Assembly (NCBI GenBank): GCA_951406725.2
Contig: OX597820.1
Location: forward strand, 105,896,001-105,960,000
DNA: 64,000 nucleotides
Origin: Octopus vulgaris
Taxonomy: Eukaryota
Direction of reading: 5' to 3'
Numbering within the stretch: the first letter of the stretch is position 1; every line of letters starts with the position of its first letter. The notes beneath the pieces were generated by a model. That model was not told the DNA's origin. It did not search any database and saw nothing but the letters and a program-made list of their open reading frames with translations. This document shows positions 53,116-64,000 of this stretch, piece by piece. Both the position numbers and the translations under genes were made by a program.

Positions 53116-54110
53116 ATTGGAAATTTTTTATAGCAGTTGTCCAGTAAATGATGAGATTCAACCCTCATCTTTTTCCTTCTCTGCCTCATCATCATTGTTA
53201 CCCAACAAATGTTATTATAGACAAGAAATCCACACAAAATACTGAAACTGTAGAATGTAAGGAATGAGAAAATGGAAAAATGCAGGAAATAGATGAGAGG
53301 AAGTACCGTTTGGTTAAAGTTAGTTGTTATACCCAAGTCAATTGAATTAGTGCGTGTACATAGGAAGAAACGTTAAGAATAGAGTTGATAGATGCTGAGA
53401 AGTATGTTGAAATCAATGAAAAACAAAGTAAATGAACTGTTGCAAACACAAGAAAATTAGGGTGGAAGAAAGAACATGTGGACATTGGCAATATTTAAAG
53501 AAAAATTGTGTTGCAATTTTATTTTCTAAAATTCTTAAAATTTACCTGAGATTCCATTGTGTCTTGTTTAAGTTGTTTATTTAAGTGATTTTGGATCTTG
53601 TCTCATGACAACTTTGCATTCTTTAGGAATTATGTTTTTGTGTATGTTAACTTTTCACTTTTGGGACAAATTTCATGTATATGGCATATGTTATGGATAA
53701 AAATTCTTTAAGCCTCATATAGTATATAACTATATAAGTAAATATCATACACAGCTATACAATATCATTAACATCCAGATTTTCTATGATCAGGTGCTCT
53801 TCCTGCCACTAACATTCACATGTTTCCAAACAAGGTAATATTTTCCCATGACCAGACATGTTTTTATAGAAAACTGGAAACAAATGCCACTTTAATGAAG
53901 GTGACATTTATTTACATATCATCAAGGACACACACACACACATATTTACCAAATCTACTCACAAGGCTTTGGTTGGCCTGGGGCTATGGTAAAAGAGACT
54001 GTCCCATGTGCTGCACTTTGGGGCCAACCTGCTCTATTCATCTATTGCGAATATAGACATCTTTGATTACCAAAATAGTCCTTAATTTTTGTTGTTATTT
54101 TTTTTTTCAG

Positions 54111-54262
54111 GTACAACCTGGTAGCATTGCAGATTGTGCTGGGGCTAAGGCTGGTGATGGTATCTTGAGGATAAACAACACAATTACTGACCACCTCACT
54201 CATGAGCAGGCTAAAATGGAAATTATTCGATCAGCAAATGAGATTAATTTGCTTGTGAAAAG
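54111..54262 (+). CDS. Internal coding exon: C-terminal part of a PDZ domain, ALP/Enigma/Zasp (PDLIM)-like protein
   Basis: Polypyrimidine+CAG acceptor and AG|GTAAGG donor. 152 nt, phase 0 to 2. Translates VQPGSIADCAGAKAGDGILRINNTITDHLTHEQAKMEIIRSANEINLLVK(R), matching PDZ helix A, GD-I-IN, helix B with His, and strand F. Confidence 0.9.
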
Positions 54263-54321
54263 GTAAGGTCTGTTGGTTTGGTGTGTGTGTTTAGGGTGGA
54301 TAGTTGTGGACGTGTGTGTGT

Positions 54322-54500
54322 GTGTTGATGAATGATTGTGCTGTAGGTACATGTGTGTGAGCACATATGTATGTGTATCACTATGTGTGGGTGTGTGCAT
54401 GTGTGTGTGTGTGTGTGTGTGTGTGTTGATGAATGATTGTGCTGTAGGTACATGTGTGTGAGCACATATGTATGTGTATCACTATGTGTGTGTGTGTGCA
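54322..54500. repeat. Local ~100-bp tandem duplication in intron
   Basis: GTTGATGAATGATTGTGCTGTAGGTACATGTGTGTGAGCACATATG occurs twice. Confidence 0.85.
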
Positions 54501-54562
54501 TGTGTGAGTGCATGTGAGTGCATGTGAGTGAGCACGTGTGTATGTGCATCACTGTGTATGTG

Positions 54563-54614
<52 letters not shown>

Positions 54615-56288
54615 TAATATACAAAAGACTCATGAAATAATTGTGTCTGAATGCAACAGCCATGAGCCAGTAGGGCAGTGTGTATGTGTGCATATGTGTC
54701 CATATGTACCTTGTCTTACCATTTCATGTACACACTGTCCTTGTATCTCCTATTCTCCTTTTTTTAATCACATCAGTCGGGAAGATCCAGCAAAAGACAT
54801 TGGCATTGCCCCATCTTCCAAGCTAAAAAAATAAAAATTCGCTATACATCCTGCAATTAATTTCGTTATAGGTGTAGGTGTAGATGGGTGGTAAGTAGTT
54901 TGCTTCCCAATCACGTGGTTCCAGGTTCAGTACCACTGCGTTGCACCTTGAACAAGTGTTCTCTACTGCAGCCTCAGGTTGACCAAAGCCTTGTAAGTGA
55001 ATTTGTAGATAGAAGCCGAAAGAAGCCTGTTGCATATATATGTGTGTGTGTGTGTTTTTGTGTTTGCCTCCTGCTTCTGCTTGACAACCAGTATTGGTTT
55101 GTTTGCATCCCTGTAACTTAATGGTTTGGCAAAAAGAAACTAATAGAATAAGTACCAAGCTTAGAAAAAAGTAAATACTGGAGTTGATCTGTTTCACTAA
55201 ATCCTTCAAGTGGTGCCCCAGCATGGCCACAATCTAATGACTGAAACAAGTAAGAAATAAAAGATATTGAGCCACATTTGCTGAACCTGGTAGTAAGAGT
55301 AGTCAGAAACTTTTCCTCAACCCTAACCCTCAACATTACATTCATTCCATAGAAATGACACAGTTATAAGCTATTACACATGTGCAACACCTATCTCTAC
55401 CTTTCACATATCTAAGTCTGCCTCACAAAGACTAAGGTGTTTTGCTTGGGGGGAGGGGTGCTTTGTTTACTCTTGGGAACCAGAGAATGAATGCTTCTGC
55501 TGTTTTGGTGCTTTAAACAGCACAAATATTAATGTTCATACATTAAAGATGATGCACCCAGCTTCACACATGTGCATTCTTAAGCTACATCCAAGAAAAT
55601 ATGTTGCCGGCTTTACAGATTTCAGTTGCTAATACTCAACCCCTTCAAGTCATTATTCCATTTTCATCCCTCTCTGTCTCTCTGTCTCTGTCTCTGTCTC
55701 TGTCTGTCTGTCTCTCTGTCTCTCTCTCTCTCTCCCTCTCCCCATCCTCCTCTCCCCTCCTCTCTCGGTGTAAATTCTATGCTAACTGCAAATCTCTCAA
55801 AATCTAAACACATTCTGAGAATCCACTTTTGCTATTCTTGTATCCCTTTGTCTATCTCATCTTCCTTGCCTCATTCCAAATATTGATACCAATCTATCTT
55901 TCTCTTGATTCTGTTGTGTCTGGGGAGATTCATTTTCTTTTTGTGCCTTATAATTTAACAAACTCACCAGTAAAATTTCCACTTATTTCTTATTTTTATT
56001 TTCCTAAAAATTTTCGTTGCATCTTGCAACCTTTTCCATAGTCTTAATTGCATCTCTTTAACATCCCCCTCTTCATGTTTTTCTTCTATATATTAATAAA
56101 TTTGCAACAGTTCAAATTAATCTATAACTAACACCACCTGCTTATCTCTACTTTCAAATCTGACAACGGTGCTCCCTTATTGGGGTTGGTTGTTGATGAC
56201 ATCACTAAAATAAGTTTCTCTTTTACCCATTTATAATGATAATGATAACGAGGATATTATATACAATAAGTGGCAGTATTAACATCAA

Positions 56289-56679
56289 GAGGTAACATCT
56301 ACTCCCACCCAAATGCGGATGTTCTATTAGAACCAACTTCACTGCAGTAGTTACCATGAGAGGAACTCTCGTATAGGCCTTTGGTGCAAAATGCATTCTT
56401 GCTCATTTTGCTAGAAGAGAGATAAATCTCCACCAACCCCAGTGTTAAGAGCACTGGATCACCAGAGCATCCATCACTGATGAGACCAGGAAGGGTCTAG
56501 GTTGCATGATCTGGTTGTCTCAGCAGTGGGATTAGTGTGAATTTATCTCCCTGCTAGCAATATGAACAAGCATGCATTTTGCACCAAGGGCCTACATGAG
56601 AGTTTCTCTCATAGTAACTACTGCAGTGAAGTTGGTTCTAACAGATCATCCATGTTTTGGTGAGAGTGGATGTTACCTC
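56289..56679. repeat. Long imperfect hairpin / fold-back (~170-bp arms, ~45-nt loop)
   Basis: GAGGTAACATC...GATCA pairs with TGATC...GATGTTACCTC, including a perfect block TTAGAACCAACTTCACTGCAGTAGTTAC. Confidence 0.85.
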
Positions 56680-58449
56680 ATTGTGTATAGTGCTTAGGTA
56701 CACTATAACACATCAGAAAAGGCTTGTGCATTATACACAAAATAAACGACAAAAAGACGGGAAAACAAAAGGTAAAAGAGTCATAAAGAGAAAAGGGTAC
56801 ATAAGTATGTCTGGAGTGGTGATGTTGAATTTCAAGAAGTATGGAATTTTTAAAAGATGCGGTATCCTGATAGCTAACAACTGAACTGCATAGTTTATTC
56901 CATACTTCAACAATTTTAAACATGAAAAAATGTTGCTGAAAGATGCTGTGCAGTTTTTTTGTTTTTTAATTTTATAAGCATTTCCATGAGTGGTAGAGCT
57001 ATTGAGTTCAAAAAGATGACCAAAGTTTTTGTTGGGAAGATAGTCGATTGTCTTGTGAGTTTCAACTAAGTCACCTGCAAGATTTCAAAACTTTAGTGCA
57101 CTGATGTTCAGCGAAGCAAGATGTTTGAAGATATAAGTGACCAATGGAAGGTAGTTCTCTTATTGCATGCCTCTGGACAAGTTGACAAGTCAGTTATGTT
57201 CAGAAGAGAACTTCATTTTAGTTTTGTAAACTAACAAGAAACCTAATGTTTATATAATGCTTTCACTGTATACAGTAAAAAACTGTAACTCTATCCTATT
57301 AATTTATACCAAAATGAAGCGATTGAGAGAGAATTAAGAGAATTGACCTCAACAGTGATGCCGATGGGATAGAAACATTTTACCCCTTTGATATATTTAC
57401 AATGTGACTCGATTCAACTGTTAGTCTACATTCTAGAAATGCTTTAAAGGACTTGAGCACACAATCCCTTTCTTCTCCTACTCTTCTTCCTTGTCATCAC
57501 CAACCACCATCACCACCACCACCACCACCACCACCACCATTATCACCACCTCCACCTTCTTTATAATATATATGTCTATATGTAATTTTAGGGTGTTGGG
57601 TGATAAAAATGTTAAATTAAATAGGAGAAAAAGCAGGCGAATGTTCATCAAATTACATTGTCAATAGTGGCATTTAGCATCAAGTGGTGCCTAATTATGT
57701 TATGTAATTAACTATTAATGATGTACTAAAGATAAAATACAAATGGAATGTTAATATATATCCAATTATGACTAGATATGTTAACAAGGCAGTCAGCTTC
57801 TGTCTGTCTATCTATCTATCTATCTATCTATTTGTGTGTGTGTGTGCACGCGTGTATGTGTGTGTGTGTGTGTGTGTGTATTCTTTTATTCTTTTACTTG
57901 TTTCAGTCATTTGACTGCAGCCATGCTCGAGCACCACCTTAAGGGGTTTTTAGTTGAATAAATCGACCCCAGGACTTATTTTTTGTAAGCCTAGTACTTA
58001 TTCCATCGGTCTCTTTTGTCGAACTGCTAAGTTATAGGGATGTAAACACACCAATATTGGTTGTCAAGCAATGGTGGTGGTGTGGGACAAACACACAAAT
58101 ACATACATACATACATACATACATATATTTTCAACAAAATTATAGCATCACTGGCACTGCTTCTTGTCACAAAGTGGAACGGTATCATCTTCATCCTTTA
58201 ACGTCCATTTTCCACGCTGGCATGGGTTGGATGGTTTGACCAGAGCTGGCAAGCTGGAGAGCTGCACCAGTTTCAAGTCTGATTTAGCTTGGTTTCTATG
58301 GTTAGATGCCTTTCCTAATGTCAATCTCTTTACAGTGTGTGCTGGATGCTGTTAATGTGGCACAAGCACAGGCACTTTTACATGGCACTGGCATGAGAGC
58401 TTTTTATGTGGCACTAGCACAGCAGCTTTGCAGGCCAATCCTCTTCATC

Positions 58450-59070
58450 AGGAGACTTTAACACTTCTGCTGTGGAAAGCTGATTCTGTCCTTAATCAAT
58501 TTTTCAATAATCTGGTTCAACAATTTCATGCCTCTATAGTTTCTTCTCTCTAGTGCATCTCTTTTGTTCCTGTAGTAATTTACAATGATGGTACTATTCT
58601 CGCTGCTAGGTATGAGACCTTCTTGTATTACTTGATTGACTATTCAAGTGACTAGCCTATACCTTATTTTGCCAGATATTTTAAGCATCTCAGAAACTAT
58701 ACTTGGTCAGCTATTTTCCCTGATTCCATATCTTCAATAACTCTCTTTACCCTACTACTAAGAACTTAGATGGCTAACTCCTCTGTTGTGTCTACTCAAC
58801 AAGAACTGATCTAGCGTTAAATAACAACAATGACAACATTGTTTACTTTCATTGTGCATTTAGTATCAAGTTCCTTAACCACCTTTTCACCCTCTCTATA
58901 TAGCAGTCGCTTGGGTGGGATCATGTTCTCTTTGTTAGATTGAACATTTGAATATTTAAAAATTTTTTCTAGATTTGGAATATTCAGGTCATCAGCATAT
59001 ACAAAATTCTCAAGAACATCTTGGGACCTAATATAGGGCCTAACAGTAATTCTAAACCAACCTACAAAGT
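58450..59070 (-). mobile_element. Very old LINE RT fragment
   Basis: FVYADDL motif in ORF 58817-59074; otherwise degenerate. Confidence 0.35.
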
Positions 59071-60300
59071 GCATCCTTTTTCTTCAACAAAATATCTAAA
59101 AACATTACTTTGTTTTCTTTATGGAAAAAGAAAATTGCTCTAAGTTCCAATTAGAGCAAAATAAAGTTATCTGCTGCTATTAGGACATCCAGAACGAGGG
59201 AAAAAAAGCATTAAGTGGTTCTCTCCCCTTGAGGGAAATTTCTCCCTCTCTTCTATTTCTTATTAAACTCTCTTTCTCTCTGCCTCTTAATTTGAAAGCA
59301 ACCATAGATGGCAGCACCAACAGTTGCCAGTCAAATTTTATGTTACTGGTATTATTTAAAATAAATCCCAGATAAAGTTGTGTATCTTGATAGTATAGTG
59401 AAAGGGTAACTCTTTCAGTATCCCTTTCCTGTTTGAGCCGGTCTCTTAGCTTTGATGTCTTTAATCTCATCTTCAAAGTAGCTGTTTATTTTTCTGTTTG
59501 GACTTCTAGATTCCTCCTGCAAGTTGTGTTAGAGTTTGTTAATAACAAATAGCTAGGTGCAGGTGTGATTGTGTAGATAAGAAGTTTGCTTCTTAACCAC
59601 ATGGTTTCAGATTGTCCCACTGTATGGCAACATGGGTAAGTGTCTTCTACTAAAGCCCCAAGCTGCCCAAAGCCTTGTGAGTTGATTTGGTAGATGGAAA
59701 CTGAAAGAAGCCCATTGTGTGTGTGTGTATTTCCGATACTCAGGCATAGATCAAAACTCTGAAATGGATTCTTCACCCTTCATGATATAAGAACCTACCA
59801 AATTCTTCTAACAAATCTCCTTTTAATTTGATGAGCCATCTTCCTGCCATAAGTTTCCTCAAACATGGCTCATTGTGATTTTCTAATAATACCAGCAACA
59901 ATCTAAACCCTCATCGTTATCATCATCATCATCATCATCATCATTATATCTCTGTGGCCGGCCAATGAAAGTGTCTTTATAGACAAATCTCCCAGAAATC
60001 ATCTCTACTGCCTTACAAAAAAAGAGATAGTGGGCAACGGCATCAACTGTTTCTGATTTAAGCACAAGGTCAGAAATTTTGAGGAGAGTAGGTTTGTTGA
60101 TTAGATCAACCCCAATACTTGACTGGTACTTTATTTTATCAACTTTGGAGGGATGAAAACCAAAGCTGATTACAGCAGAATTTGAATTCAGAATGGAATA
60201 AATATTGCATAGCATATTATTTGATATGCTAATGATTCTACCAATCCAAATAATCAATTAATTGTATTAACTCAGTTCTTATGTTATTCTTTTCTTTCAG

Positions 60301-60439
60301 AGGTGCTGTAACTATCTGGAAACCAAAAGTAACACCATTAGCAGAACTTCGTCCAACAGAACTAAAACCAGTTATATCTGCTACAGGTGATGAAGTAATG
60401 GCAGTCCAGAAGACATCACTTGCTAAAGAATATGTAGAT
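60301..60439 (+). CDS. Next coding exon of the PDZ protein gene
   Basis: TTTTCTTTCAG acceptor and GAT|GTAAGT donor. 139 nt; the first base completes AG+A (Arg), phase-compatible with the 54111-54262 exon. Translates GAVTIWKPKVTPLAELRPTELKPVISATGDEVMAVQKTSLAKEYVD. Confidence 0.8.
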
Positions 60440-61289
60440 GTAAGTATATGGCATTGTATTCCTTGTATTTTTAATGTCTGTTGTATGCTTATGTGAGGTG
60501 ATATATGAAGTTCTCAAAGAGAGACAGCACCTGTTTCTCAGCACCTAATTTTGACTTTAACCAGGTGTAGCATTTACTTCTATGTTCACACCTCAACACT
60601 CCCTGGACAGGTAGGATAGACTAAAAGAGAATAGTTTGGGTCTAAAAAATAACTATGGTGTGTTACATTTTGTTAGTAACAAATATGTTGGTGCAGACAT
60701 AGCTATGTGATTGAGAAATTTGCTTCCCTACCACATGATTTCAGGTTCAGTCCCACTGCGCAGTGCTTTGGACAAGTGTCTTCTAATATAGCCTCAGGTC
60801 AATGAAAGCCTTGTGAGTGGATTTGATCAACAGAAATTGAAAGAAGCGCATTGTGTACGTGTGTGTGTGTGTATGTGTGTGTGTGCGCGCGCATATGTTT
60901 CTTTCTCCTTGTGTTGGTATCATGATAGTTGTAAATGAGTGGCAACATCATATAAGCAGTGTCATTTATTTATAATATTTTGAAAAAACATGCCTAGAAA
61001 CAGGTGAAGGGCATCCAACTATAGAAAACCAGCATCAATAAACTCCATTCATCCTATGCAAGCATGGAAAAGTGGATATTAAACTATGATGATGTTGATG
61101 ACGATAATGATGACGACGATGAAATAGTTTGCTCGAATAATCTGTGAATATTTTGAAGTGAGTTTATAAGGAAGAGACATTTTGAATGTTTATAGGATGT
61201 AGAGAAACTCAGAGGGCAGTAGCTACAATATGCTATACTCTAACTCACAGCCAGTTATCCCAGCTTCGATCAGGCCACTAGTACCTGGT

Positions 61290-61792
61290 GTGAAAGACAG
61301 AATGAATTTATTTATGCAAGAGAGGAGACTGCAGTGGTTTGGACATGTGATGAAGATGGATAAGGACAGTTGCACAAAGAAGTGCTGATCGCTTAAAGTG
61401 GAGGGAAGTTGTGGTAGAGGGAGACCCAGGAAGACATGGGAAGAAGTATTGAAGGCTGATCTCAAAATGGTAAACTTTGCAAAGGAGATGACAGAACACT
61501 GAGATTTGTGGTGCATTGCTGTACTCAGGAAGACCCACCCGCCACAACAGAATTGAGATCCTAAAACCATGGTGCCATAAAAAGTATTAGTGTGGCTACT
61601 GGTGCCATGTCAAAGACATCCTGTACACTCTGTGGAGTGGTTGGCATTAGGAAAGCCATCCAGCCACAGAAACCAAATCAAAACAGACTATGGACCCAGG
61701 TGCAGCCCCTGGCCTTGCCAGTTCCTGTTAAGCTGTCTAACCCATGCCAGCATGGAAAATGAATGTTAAATGATGATGATAATGATGATGAT
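61290..61792 (+). mobile_element. RTE LINE 3' fragment
   Basis: QERRLQWFGHVMKMD...GRGRPRKTWEEVLKADL plus 3'UTR and (ATG)n tail; same clade as 23560-25130. Confidence 0.8.
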
Positions 61793-62440
61793 CAATATAA
61801 AGATTGTATTCATGTCTCTATTGTTATTAGAGCACAAATCACGTCTCAGAATTAATAATTGTTTGAGATCAGTAACAAAGTGAAAGGGGGAAGATCATAA
61901 GGTACTGAACCAAGACTTCAACAATATTTAGTTTTGTCCTATGTTATGAGACCAAACCCTGTTTGAGTCACCTCTAGCTTTTCATACCTTTTGTGTCAAT
62001 CAAAATAATTACCGTTCATATATTGGGAGTGATGAAAGTAACTAAATACATCACCTTCCTTGCAAATTTGTAACCTGGTGTTAATGTAAGTAATTAATAT
62101 ATACCTGAAGTGATGGTCATTAGTGCATGTAATAGCTGAACAATATATATGTGCAAATTTTTTTGCTGGTAAGGCTGAGAAAGCACTCTACACACGTGCT
62201 CTTTGCTAATTAAATTGTCCCATTCTAATAATAACACATTCACACACATATATACACACACATCTAAACCTTCTAAATTCCGAATATATATATATATATA
62301 TATATGCATGCATGCATACATACATACATACATACATACATACATACATACACATACATACATACATACCTACATTCATACATACATACATACATACATA
62401 CATACATACATACACACATACATACATATACATACATATA

Positions 62441-63240
62441 CAGGGTGCAATGGGTAAATTGTCACCATTTTATATTTTTAATTTCACGTATGCACATTGT
62501 TTGTTTTTGATTTTGTCAACTAGACAGTATAGTAGGGCCAATTGAGCACTGTCTGTGAAAAAAACAACACCATGATGCAATTCACTCCTACCATAAATTT
62601 GGAAACGACATGCTGTACTGCTTGGCATTTGTGCTGGAAGCTCCAATATGAACATTTCAGAGTATTTGGGTGTCAATCTGAGGACAGTGCAATCTGAGGA
62701 CATGTACTGAGAGTAATAAAAATCAAACATCCAATCAACATCATGGTGTTTGGAGTGATCACTAGAGATGGCAATGTTATCCCTCCATACATATTCCCAC
62801 ATAGCCTCAGACTCAACATGAAGGCCTACATCAAGTGCCTGGAGGAGGTGGTGCTGCCCTGTGTCAGAAGACCCTATGTTTAGCAACAGGACTCTGCACC
62901 ATGCCACACAAGCAGGAGAACCCAGTCATGGCTGTCAGACAATTTCTATGACCACATCATCCCTAACTAAATATAGCCACTTAACTCCCCAGACTGCAAC
63001 CGCCTTCATTATTATGTGTGGGGTGCAGTTGAGTGAGAGACCAACAAAACTCCTTGTAACACCAAAGATGAACTGAAGGCAAGCATTATGGCAGCATCCA
63101 TCAGTTTAAACAAGGAGTCCATCCAGAAGAGTTGCAGGAGATTCCAAAGTTGTCCTGAGGTTGTGGTTGAAGCCAATGGCGATTTATTGAATAAATTCAC
63201 TCTTTAATATTTCAAGATATTTTTATGTAATTTTGGTTAT
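62441..63240 (+). mobile_element. Deleted maT/DD37D Tc1-mariner superfamily transposon
   Basis: TA|CAGGGTG start. Fragments IMVFGVITRDG and QQDSAPCHTSRRTQSWL...NSPDCN..YYVW with about 37-residue D-D spacing. The right end is interrupted by a SINE A. Confidence 0.75.
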
Positions 63241-63381
63241 TTCCCAACCATATGGTTCCAGGTCCAGTCCCACTGCGTGGCACCTTGGGCAAGTGTCATC
63301 TACTATAGCTTCGGGCTGACTAAAGCTTTGTGAGTGGATTTGGTTGACGGAAAGTGAAAAAAGCCCATTGTTGTGTGTGTG

Positions 63382-63412
<31 letters not shown>

Positions 63413-64000
63413 ATGTATTTATGTGTTTGTGTTTGTCTCCCCCCCCCCCCCACCATCGCCTGACAACCGATGTTGGTGTGCTTACATCCCCGTAACTCAG
63501 TGGTTCGGCAAAAGAGACCTATAAAATAAGTACTAGGTTCACAAAGAATAAGTCCTGTGGTCGATTTGTTCGACTAAAGGTGGTACTCCAGCATGGTTGC
63601 AGTCAAGTGACTGGAACTAGTAATCCAGAGAGCTGCACCAGGTTTTATATATATATATATATTAAAAATGGGGAGGGATGGTTTATGGGATTACCTTAGG
63701 TTTTCTGTTCATAAAGGGTTTAGCTTTATGGCGTATCATCAGATCCCAAAAAACCTGTTGGTCCATGACCTCATAAAAATATGGAGGGGAAAATGCCTCA
63801 CTACTTTTACATAACATCACTGGCCAGCCATGTCTGGCAACTAAGAGACAATAGGATTCTATACTCGATCTCATGGTAAATCTTTGTGAACCCAGGCCCT
63901 TACATCAACGGGATGAAACATTGCAAGCTATGCATAGCTGAACGCATGAGAATCCTAAAAGACTTGCTTAACTCCAGAACAGAGATTTTTGGGCTATGTT

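Noticed and set aside
63683-64000. Complex sequence with a short ORF at the window end
   Set aside because: No recognisable motif or splice signals, and truncated by the window edge.

Overview
AT-rich eukaryotic genomic DNA saturated with microsatellites ((TA)n, (CA)n, (ATAC)n, (AAT)n, (ATG)n, (GAA)96) and transposon debris. The SINE families and repeat make-up suggest an octopus or other coleoid cephalopod (inferred, not proven). The only host-gene sequence I can support is two + strand coding exons (54111-54262, 60301-60439) of a PDZ-domain protein resembling the ALP/Enigma/Zasp (PDLIM) family. Its first coding exon is not recognisable, so most of the window is probably intron. Recognisable TEs: hAT, Tc1, maT (DD37D), Tc2/pogo-type and piggyBac-type MITEs, Helitrons, RTE, R4/Dong, CR1-like LINE and Gypsy fragments, and three tRNA-derived SINE families. 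The most notable signal is a recurring architecture: asymmetric head-to-head fold-back elements of unrelated sequence sitting in or beside (TA)n tracts. Most carry minimal type I hammerhead ribozyme motifs, including U3-A8 core variants, as expected of Penelope-like retroelement pseudo-LTRs. No prokaryotic features, CRISPR, rRNA or true tRNA genes were found. Nearly all listed ORFs are microsatellite artefacts. TE boundaries are read by eye and approximate unless TIRs or TSDs are cited.
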